Assembly (NCBI GenBank): GCA_000004985.1
Contig: GG738853.1
Strand: one strand, 5' to 3'
Source of the DNA: Naegleria gruberi
Taxonomy: Eukaryota
DNA: 64,000 nt
The notes under the pieces were generated by a model, which was not told the DNA's origin, ran no database searches, and saw only the letters and a program-made list of their open reading frames with translations. The position numbers were made by a program, and so were the translations under genes. Positions 10,538-22,500 of the stretch are shown piece after piece. Each line of letters opens with the position of its first letter. Positions within the stretch are counted from its first letter, which is position 1.

Positions 10538-13500
10538 ATGTATAATAGCAATACAACAAATGTTAGACCGATATCTAGCAGTATGGGTCCACCTCCCTTG
10601 AGTGCAAATAGTGCATCAAGAAGAACGATAGCTGCTACAACAGGTCCACCTCCTTTTAATCCTAATAATCGAGTTCCTACTGCTGTAGTAACAACACCAA
10701 TGCCGATGGTTAACGGTGGACAACCTCCTAATCCTTTCTTCAGACCTCCATATCCAAACAATCCACCAATACCTAATGGTATGATTCCGAATAATATGGG
10801 TGGATATATGCCACAACCAATGTGGTCACCAAACGTCCCTGTAACAAGTCCTAGTATGAGAAATCAACCACCTGTACAAAATAATTTTATGCCTGTTAAC
10901 AATAATAATACTTCAATGACACTATCTACTCCAAGTTCATCTGCATCAAGAAATAGAAGTGTATCAATTGGATCAGCACCTGTTCCAACTGGTGATCCGA
11001 ATGAAGCAAAATTATTTGATGAATTACTCACTACTTTCTATAGTGATCCAGTAAGAATTGATGAAATTTCTAGGATGGATTTATTTTGCATTAGAAGTGC
11101 TTTACCAAAAACAACTTTTGAAGAAATAGATATTTTCTCGAGCTATTTTGGACATGGATCTAGTGTGGATGCTTCTTCATTTGGAGCTAATTTATTATTG
11201 AATGATGATAATAATAATAATAACAATACAACACTTGACTATAATAATGGACAAAACTCTGTAATTTCCTCCTTACGACACGCAATTAGAAAATTATATT
11301 TGGAAGCTTTTCGTGATGATGACAAATTTTCTGCCTCTCTTCTTTCCTATCATTTACTTTTATATAAGAGATTGAAAATTTTGGAAAAGGTTCAGGAGTT
11401 TCAACATGGTAAAATGAATTCTACACAATCACTGAAAGTTCAATTTGAACAACTTCCTTCCAATAATGCTCTAAGTATTGCTGTTGATCATAATATTGAC
11501 AAACCAAGTACTTCTGTAATAGCTACATGTGCTCTTTCGAGTGTTCCTGTTAACACAACTGAAATGACCCAAGTTGCTGAGCATCAATATCAACCTCTTA
11601 AAAGGGAAGATTTGGATACTTTTACAAAGAATTTAATCAAAGCAATGCAAAAGAGCGATGTGAAAAAAGGTATTTTTGCCAAACTGAGGAAGTCGAAATC
11701 AGAATCAATTTACAAAATTATTACAAAGTATGCATATCCACTATGCTTACCACTGGAAATTTTAGATATTGAATCACTAAATCCAGTCAAACAATATTTG
11801 GTAGAATATTCATTGGATAAGGAAAATGGTTTGAAACGTAGAACAAAATCAATTCACTCCATGTTGCTTTTGGCTTTGAGTACTGGCTCTTTATTAGACA
11901 TGCTCCAAGTGTTACAATGCCTTCTTTCACTTTCCGAGAATCCTGACGATCCTCTCATTGATGCAGAGACTGAAGACGAAGGAAGCTTTGTAATGCGTGC
12001 CGAAACTCTAAAGCCACTACAACAATTCCAATATTTGATTAAGATGCATTTGGATCAATTAGAAAAGGACTCGAGTCATACACCTGGGAAAAACAATGAC
12101 TTACCTACGTATCTATTACCTCAACATATTTGGAACGACCCTAACTATTCTTTAATATCCTTCTCATCAAATGGTGTATCATTGAACTTTAATTGGAAGA
12201 AACCTTACCTGACCGCAAAGCGACTTTTCCTTTTTTTGCTTAACCAAATAGACATGTTAGCGACCCATTACTTGTACTGTGAATCATATAGCACAATTAA
12301 TTCTCAGGGAGATCTAGTCATAGAGCTGGGAGATTCAAAGAATATTAACTCACTTCTCAATCATAGAGAGAAGTTTTTGAAAAATAAGATTAGTGCAAAT
12401 ATCAAATTTTCTATCGAGTTGGGATCACCGAGAACCTTTTCGTCATTACTAGATATCATTGATAGCATGTTACAAATTCAAAATACCTCTAACAGTGAGC
12501 TTAATGGAGTTAAAAACTATTCCATTGCGGCACTTTTCAGAATATTGCACTTGAATGTGAAAGCATTGAGTTTGTGGAAAAAAGGAAGAGAGAACGTTAA
12601 TCAACTTGTGCAGCATCGTATGTCTAGCAGTACAGGTTATTCTAATGTAAATTTCATCGAGTCTATGAAGGGCTATTTCCTTGGGTTCCTCAAAGAAATT
12701 GACACTGATTTGGAAACTAATCAAGATGGACTCAAAAGTTTTGAAACCATCCACGAGGCCAAACCTAGTTCTCAATCAAGGTCAAAAGATCCAAACATCA
12801 AGGAACAACCAAAGAATCAACAAAAAACAACACAAGACCAAAAGAAGGATGTTACAACTAATCCTTTTATTCTGAACTTGTTCGGATCTACAGCAAAAGA
12901 GCCTGTTCAAGAAGAACAACAAACCAATTTTGACATCGAAGAGAATGACGATTTTGTTGTAATTTCAACAACACCTGGTCATCCAAATAATAGGGAACAA
13001 CCACCAACACCGGAGGAAGTTAAAAATGTTTCAAAGTATAGATCAATACTGGCAGCCTTGGCACCTCAAACTTTCATGTCTAAATTTATTTCTGAAAAGA
13101 TGTTGGACATACTAGTTACTGGATTTTCTATTTTCTACCCATCTCCCGAAGAGCAAAGATTTTTCTTAGAAGATTCAATAAGTATATTATCGAATGGTGG
13201 AAAATCGAACAGCACAAGCTTACTCTCTTCTTCTACAGAAGTTCCTTTAAGAAGAAACTTTTTAAAGAAGTTATTAGAACGATTGGTTAATGATTTTACT
13301 CTATTTGAAAAGTTGATTGCTAATGGTATTGGCATGTCTGATGTGAGTGTGGTGATCCCATTCACAGAAAAATTATTAGAATTTATCAAACGTCAAGAAC
13401 AATTCAAAATGGCAGAAGTTTTATCTAAACTCTCCAAGTTTACACCAGAAAAAGATATCAAACCAAATGATATTTACATGCATGAGGATTTGGAAATTAT

Positions 13501-16500
13501 TGCAAATCTTGTCAAACAACTGATGATAATGTGGCAAAACTTTTTATTCCATTATGTTCACTCAATTTTTAGTAAGAGTTCTGTTTCAAACAACAATGGT
13601 GTTGTAAATTCAATCTTGGGAACAAACACTGGAAAAGTCCTGTTTGAATACTCTAGACTTATTCTTAATCAAAGTGAAGAAGTTTTAAATGAAATGTGTA
13701 AAATCTCAGCTGAAATTATTGAAGTGAAATCAAAAGTTGACAAATCATCTGTTGATGAAGTTAATTCCCTATTAACGATTGGAATTTGTGAAGGTATTCT
13801 GCAAAAAGGCGCCACAGGGTGGTTATGTTTCCCTCTCTTGCTTAACTTTGCTAAATTCTTGTGGAAGGGTAGTATTCTTAGTAATTCTAAATCTGCAGCT
13901 GGAAATGTTGTTATAGAATCTCAATTAGAAAAGTTAACTCAATTTTTATATCCTCCTGTGGTTAATCTCTTGAGAATGATAGATTTGCTTTGTCAATTCT
14001 GTGATGTTCAAGAATTCAAATCTGAGGCCGAAAGGTTATTAATTGACTGGACTATTGTAGAAACTGAACATCCATATGATGGTAATGTTACTGATTGGAA
14101 AGAAGTTAATTTTATAGATCCTAACAATAACATTATCAATGTGGGTATCAAATTTGATCCTAGATGTATTACCTCTGGTCCTGAAGATCACCTTAGAATT
14201 AACTCTTTACAAAAAATTGCCAATCTTCAAGCTTTACAATTCTCAGGACATGGAACAACAATTCCAGTTAATCCTTTATTAACATGGGGAGCTGGCATGT
14301 CTTGCAGTTTCAAGAGCGGTAATTTTGCTCTTAATTCAAGTGAAGGAGGAAAACAAGGAAGCATGTGGGGAATGAGATGTCTTGTAGTACCAGTTAGAAG
14401 TTTCTCTGCACCTCCATTGTTTATGTACGAATTTTCTAAGTTATTAGGTCACATTGGTGGAAGATGCAGTACTTATTTGCTTTCAACCTATCCATACAGT
14501 AGTGATGAAGACAAGTACGTAGAATGGTTGGAAAGCAAGATATTTGCCAATGGAATCAAAGGAGAAATTGGACAACCTACAGAGCAAAACACAGAAAAAC
14601 AATCAAATAACAATAATAATGGTCTTTTGCTTCTAAGAATGGAGGAAGACTTCTCCAAGAATTCAATGATGTACCAACAAGCAAAGACAATAGCACCAGG
14701 CAAATTCGGTTCAAATCCATATGATCTCATCGAAAAAGTTGACGTAGATAGCTCTTCGAGTGACGTATTAGATGTTGCTGACAAATTCTTATTGGAAATG
14801 ATCGAACCAACATCAAATACCTCTGCTCCAATCAACTATTGCAATTACATGTATCAAAGAATTCTCAACAAGGAATCATTTACACAAATGATGCAACAAG
14901 TACCTGATGTTGTCTCTGCTGAAAGAGCAGTTATTGCAGCAGTTTTAAAGCATACAGGTTTGGACTCTCTAGCAAGAAAAGTTTCAGATGCTGTTGCTGA
15001 AAGCCCATTCCTTCTTTCTGAGAATGTTGATAAGGATTCATACGAAAAATCCATGTCCCTCTTGGATATTATGTTCAAGAATGGAGATTATGAAAAGTTG
15101 AAATTAATGTGGAGAAAAGTTGGAAGAACTCTAAGAGAGTGGATGATCAAAACCAAACAACAAAAGCAACTGTCTTACCGTGATATGAGAGACTTTATTG
15201 TTCAAAAGTGCAAATTCTTGATTTCTCTTGAGAGTGCATTTATGAGTACGGTCCCATTAGATGCCAGGGATATTGGTACTACAGAGAAGTCTTCTTTATT
15301 CAAGAAAGTACAAAGTCCAAGAGCTGTGGAGAAATCTTCATTATTTTCTCAACAACTTACACATAATTTTGTATTCAATCGTTTTAAGAAAGGAAATATT
15401 GGCGGTTTTACAAATATACTACCAAGTGATGATTTTGTTGGAGATATTTCTTCACAGATTGTCAAATTCATTCAAAGTGATATCATACCAGTAAGAATTC
15501 AAAACTTGATGAGAATGAGAAGTGAAAGAGCATTGAATAGAGCAACATCTCTTCAAATGTTTAGTGAACTTTTGCAAAGCACTCAATTTGCTAGTGTTAA
15601 AGCTGAAATTGTTCATGGTATTAAAGCTGTTAGACAAAACAGATCCATGAAGAAGATAGACTCACCAAACTTCCACTACTTCAACAATGTAGAGGGAAGT
15701 GGCCCAATGTATTCAGATATTTTGAGCTCAAGTCTTAGCGATTTCTTAAAGCAATTGTTCTACCCTCTGGATTCTTGCATTTCTACATCTTCACAAGAAG
15801 AAAAGGAAAAGCAACTAAGAGTCTTGGTTCAAAGTGGCTTGTTAAGAGAAATATTAGATATTTGCTTGATATCTTTCAAGCACAATGATATCAAATGGAT
15901 TATGCAATTTGATTTCTTAGAAAAGCTCTCCTACCTGATGTATAATACCATCTCAACTCCTGAACAGAACACTGATAAATTTAAAAGAAGGGATGGATTC
16001 ACAGAGGAACAGAAAGAAATCAATAAGAAATCTTGGAAGATATTCAGACTTTTATCTATCAGATGTGTGGAAATGTTGGAAGAAAATGCAATCACTGATC
16101 CAGTTGTAGAATCTCAGCTGAATGATTTGAGAGATACTGTCTTTAACTTGTTGTTCAAGGATTTGAAGAGAGTAATCGGCGATATGAATTCTGAAATTTC
16201 TTCAGAAGTTTTAGAAGAAATGCTTTCTCTCATGGTTTCTCTTTCTAACACACCATCAGCACAATCTTGTTTATCAAGCGAAAGATTCCAACAATTATTA
16301 TTACCACTGTTGAGATTAGAAAGCTATCCAAAGGTTCAAGAGTTATCGCTCAAATTATGTGGACAACTTATCACAAGCTATGGAGAGCTTTCTACTGATA
16401 ATAACTATAGTGAAGGTTTGAAAGAATTACTAACAATATTATTCGAGTTCTTGGGAGCCTATGAGACTAAACAAGTAACTGGCGACGCTTCTCTTGTCAA

Positions 16501-19500
16501 TGACAAAGATGGTAGTGGTTCTATTGGTATGAAAATGGCCAAAGATATCTTCAACTTGATAAGAAAATTATTCAGGGATATACCTGTTGATGATCATTCA
16601 TCTGCACCTTACTTTGTAGGAGTACTTACTTCATTAATGGATCAAGCTATTAATCTCTCAACACAAAATATAATACAGAGTATCAGGAAGGGAAAAACCT
16701 CTGTTTTGAAGGATATTCAATTGGTTTACTCCACTTTGACAGTCCTTAACGGATTTAATTGTGTTCCCCAAATTGGAGAAATTGTTAATGTAGATATGAA
16801 TGGCAGAGTTGAAAAAGCTAAAGTTAAAGAAATTGAGGAAACCTATCACTTGATCAAAATTGAACTATGTGACAAGACAGTCATTCACAGAGAACACTTT
16901 GTCTCTGCTGAGAATGTTAAGGTTGAAACCAACCAACCAATTGAAAAGTTTGACTTACAAAAGCAACATGTACACTCCTTATTCAAATTTATAACTGAGT
17001 TGGGAGTTATGGTGAATGGTACTGATTTAAGTTTAGATGACAAGATTCTATACTCTAATTTGTGGATGAGATCATTACGTTGGTTATTGGATGCTATTTC
17101 CATTCAAAATAACTATTCAACTATTGTTACAGAAACTTTACTTGGTGCCGATTCTGATTATGCTAATATGCTTGAAAAACTTGTTGGCCTTGGAGAAAAA
17201 TCAACTATTTACCAAACACTTGCTAATGAAACAAACAAGTCACTCATAACCTATGGTAAAGATCTTAAATTGGATTCTTGCAGTTTTACATTTACAGGAA
17301 AGAAATTCCACAAACAATACTACTATAGTTGCCAAACTTGCAGTATGAACACTAACCAAGCTGTTTGTGCATTCTGTGCCAGAACTTGCCATAGAGGACA
17401 TCGCTTGGGTACTTTGGAAGTTGGTGATTTCTATTGTGATTGCGGAGCTGGAGAAGCTGCAGCAAAGACACACGGAACATCTAATTGTAAGAGTTTAAGA
17501 AATGCATCCCCAGATCCAATTCTTACAACCGAAAGAATGGAAAGTGTAATGCTTCGTTTACAAAAATTAATGCCAATATCTTCCAAACGAAATCAAGCAG
17601 ATACACTTGATTTGGTACCGAACAGTCCAAATAGTAGTACTGCTTCACAAAACAATCAACCAGTTCAAAAAGGACCTTCCAAATTTGTGGTAACCAACAC
17701 TCTTGTACAAGATGGGGTACCATACACAATTAATAATGCTCCAGGAGAACTTCCACTCATCACTTTCAATCCAATGCGTTTGTACTCTCCAAAGCATTCT
17801 ATAATTGCTACAGACTTTTCAGTTCCAATGAGCTGGCCTGGTTTTTACTTTGAAGTAGAACTTGTGGATTGTGGAGAAAGTTTTGCAATTGGTTTTTCAT
17901 TACCATTTAATCCAACTAGTGCCATTACCTACAAGACAATCTTCTCTCAAACACAAAATATGTACACATGGCATACAGAAGCTGGTACTTTATACAAAGG
18001 AAATACTATTGTTAAAAACTCTTATCCAACTGCTTCAACAAAGGATGTCATTGGTTGTGGATTTATTAGAGAACAAAAAACTATTTTCTTTACTAAGAAT
18101 GGTGTAAATTTAGGACCTTCTTTCCAAAATGTTGATTTAATAACACTCAGTCCAATTATTGCTATGAAGGGAAAGAACGTACAAGCAAGAGTTAATGTTT
18201 CTATGATTAAGCCATTCCAATTTAACTTGCCAAGAAATTTCAAGTTGCTTGTTCCTGTATATTATGCTATTAACAATCCTACATCAGAAATTGTAGAAAC
18301 CAATCAACCACTGGGTAAGCCTTCTCAACCAGTTGTTCAAAATGAACTATCTGTCTTTGAAACCAGAGTCAAAGAATTGAAATCAGTTGTTAATGGACTT
18401 TACACTGAAGATGATATCAGAAGAGTGTTAACCTCTCTCAATAATATGGAAGGAAGTAATTTGAACATTCTTAACTTTGCTTTATCCATTTTACACAGAA
18501 ATATGCAACCTCAAGTTCAAGTCATTTCTAAAACAAATGCACCAACACAACCAGAGGCTGTTCCTGTTCTAAGATTACAATTGGTAGAACAAATGAAGTT
18601 GATGGGCTTTACTAATGATAAGGTTTGCTTGAAAGCTCTTCAACTTGCCAATGACGATATTAACTTGGCTTTGAACTATGTTTTCGAAGGTGTTGTTGTT
18701 GAAGATACACCTCCACTTATTCCTAATATGGCTTCTAGCAGCAGTATTAGCATTCCTTCTTCTATTGCTCCTCCTGCCAATCCTTTTGTTGATAGAGAAG
18801 AATTCATAAAGAAGAATGAAAAGAGTGTAAATGACATTTTACTCTTTGAAAATTCTGGTGTACCATTGCTTGGATCAGAATGTAACAACTCTGATATGAA
18901 ACAAAGATTATTGAAAGCTATGCTTCAAAACCCAGACATGAAAATTAACGAAAATAACTTTTGTGATTCTAATAATTTGAGAGAGGGCGATTTGGTTGTT
19001 GTTTCACCAAGAATTGTTGCTGTTGCTGATAATAACAGTGATTCTGGATATGATCTTTCTAGAAATAAGAAGACTGCTGCCCTGTCTAAACTTCGTGGTA
19101 AACTTGGCGTTGTATCTCGTAAGGTAACCTATGGCCCATACGTTATGGTAGCAGAGGAACAAGGTGCTGGATCTATTGTTACAGATTTGGTTGAATCCAA
19201 GAATGTCTACACAGCTCCACACGAGCTCAAAGGAATTACCATCAATGATGTTCCTGCAAAATGTTTAGAATTCTATATGGCTTTATCATCAACCTATATC
19301 AGAACAACAATTTTGAAAGCTTTGATAAAGGCATCAGAGATGAAAAATTTCAAAATGGATCTACCAAAGACCTTTTCAACAAAGAAGAATCTCATGAAAG
19401 GATTGAAGCTAACTTTGATAGATTCCTATCACCACTTGGATACCGATTATAACTTTATTTCTTCATATACCAATAATGTTATTCTTGAAAAGTCCGTAGA

Positions 19501-22500
19501 CTATGATAATAATTATACATTTGCCAATAAGACATTACCTGCTATAGAACATTTTGAATCTTGGAAGAATATGGAAATTACTAATTCTGAAAACAAAGCT
19601 TCTGACATTTTCTTGGAAATTGAAGAAGAAGCACTCAATGATCTAAATGCTTATACTCTTGGACTTAATAACTATAGAAAATATGATTATAGAAAAGATA
19701 TGAATGTATTGCACCAACAACCTACACCTTACAAGCAACATTTTATTCAATTTTATGGTGCCACTTCTATTGCTATTATTTTGGGAGAAAAATTTGAATT
19801 ACCAACAACATTGGACTGTCTTACATTCTATTTTGATAGAAATGGTAAGAAAGTTGCATTGCAAATCAAGGGAGGTACTCCAGTTCAAGACAGATGTCTC
19901 ATCATCACAACAAATAATTACAATTATTTCAACCAAACAGAACCTTTTGCCAATCAAGCACAACTATACTTTGAATTTACTGGACCAAGCGTAAGAGAAA
20001 ACAATGGTGTTACCTTCTATGCAGCTCCTTACACTACAAAATTATCTCAAAGGGATGCCTTCCTTCAACCAAATATGCTCCTCTCTTCTTTAGTATTGAA
20101 GTACTCAGCCATCAGTAGAAAATCAAGAAAAGTTGATTTTACTGCAGCTCTTTACTTCCCAATCATGGGAAGATACCTGTTAACACCATTTGCTCCTTTC
20201 AAGGGTATTGTAGCTGATGCTCTTTGTCAATTAGACTATAGCAGTCCAGTTATTTTCAATTCTCACATAGATCCAATGTCTCACACTGGTATAAGGGATA
20301 GTATTGTTAAAAGTGGTCCAGCTTATGCTCACTTGTCATTATTGAAGAGGTTTAGAGTTGAATTGGAAGATTTATACAGAAAATATTTGAGATATAATGA
20401 AACTTCACCTCATGCCCTCCATAATTTCCACGCTCTGACTGAATTTATGACTGTCGTAAGAAAATACCTTGTTAGTGACTTGTGTCAATCCATGTTCCCA
20501 AGTGCCTCAAGCAGTTTATCTAATTTACCAACTAACCTTGCAAATATATTAGACAAACATCACATGTACAGTTGTAAGTTAGATCAACAACATTATGGAA
20601 GAACAGTTGAAAGAGAAACCCTGGCATGTACCAGTTGTACTCATAGTGTTGCTAAGCAGTTATCCATGTACGAAACAAAACCTTCCTCTTCTTTTGCCAA
20701 ATATTTTGCTAATGAATCCACCAAATGTCAATCCCAGGTTGCTATGGAGTTCCAAATCAAGTATGATCACGAAAACTCATGTAATGTAGCAACAAGTATT
20801 GTTCCAATAGGAACTACAAGTGAATCCGTTTCAAAACTTTTCTCTAAGGAAGATAACTTGTTACAAGTTAACCCATCAGATTGGTTTGAACATGTATCTT
20901 GGGTTGACCAACTCACAATTATTAGAGAATTTTTGGAAACATTCACATCTAATAATGGTAGAACCTTCCCAGAATGGACCTTGTTTGAATCGATTCTTGA
21001 GAAGAGAAAGAAGGTCTGTTACAAGGAAAGCAAACATCCATACTCTGTTGTTAATGACTCTGATAAGATTAAGATTCCTGGAGCCAAGACCCTCTACATT
21101 ACCTTTGATAAACACAGTAAGACTCACAAGTGTGATCGACTGCTCTTTAGTACTAAGAAGGCAGGCTCTGACGACTTGGGATCTTTCGGTGGAGATGAGT
21201 TGAAAGACAAAACTATTGTTGTACATGGTACAGACTCTGTTTACTATGATTTCACTTGTGGTGGAGGTGATCATGACGTTAAATGCTCTGGATGTAGATC
21301 TAATATTTCTGGAGTTCGTTATCACTGTGTCGAATGTGAGGAGTATGACCTTTGTGAAAAATGTGTTTCCAAGCAAGGAAGAGTTCACTCTGATTTGCAC
21401 TTGTTCCTTAAAATTAGAAGGCCAGTTGATTGTATGCCTGCTATGATTCCTTCACTTTATACTCCAAGATGGAGGTCTACCTCTCAATTCAAAGGAAATA
21501 TTCACGTTGGAGTTAAATGTGACAATTGTGGTGTAAATCCAATCAAGGGTATTCGTTATTGGTGTGAAAATTGTGAAAACTTCAACCTTTGTGAAAAGTG
21601 CGCTGACACTGAGTTCAAATACCATGATAGAATGCACATTTTCTTGCGTGTTGTTAGACCTTTACCACCAAAGAATCAAATGCCTGCCAATGCTCTTCCA
21701 TATGGTCTCGTTTATGAGAAAGATATGGATTCTCACTGGGGTTATATGTTTAGCGTTTCTTCCTCTATTGAAGCTTGCCCTAGAATATCACAAGTCCAAA
21801 ATGAGATTGATGAAATAAGATCTTTAATGAAGATTGGAAAGGATAATCAACCTATTGGGGAAGACGATGTAGATCCTGTCGAGTTTGACAAGCAACTACT
21901 CGAATATGTTGAAACATATAGCAACGGATGGCAATCATTAGAATGGAATCAACTCTCACCAAAGAAAGAAGAATTAACTAATTTACCGCTACTTGATAGA
22001 GTCCCTCTCAACAGACTTAGATATAGATTCGTTCTTCTCAAACTTTTCAACAGAAGAATTTCACGAGTTATCAATATTTTAGATTTTACAAATACTTCAA
22101 ATATTGAGAGAATGAATGACTCAAGAGCTGTAACTATTACAGACATGATTAGTCAACAATTGAGAGATAGAATTTTCTATTCTGTAAAGATGGATGCTTG
22201 GCAACATACTATCATGAAGTCTCATGTAACAGTTGATCCTATCCATTTGAAGCTCAATAGACATTTGGCCTCTGAAATGCACCCAACAGATAGACAAAGA
22301 AATGCCTTCAATTCTCTCTTTATTCAAGCTTTCAACCAAGTTAAATCTATGCATCCAAAGATTTTGAGCAGAAAACAAGCCTCATGGAAGGTAACATTGA
22401 TTGGCGAAGCAGCTGATGACTATGGTGGACCTTTCAGAGAGTCTTTATCAAACATGTGCCAAGAATTGATTGCTAATGATCCTTCTGTTTTGGATTTATT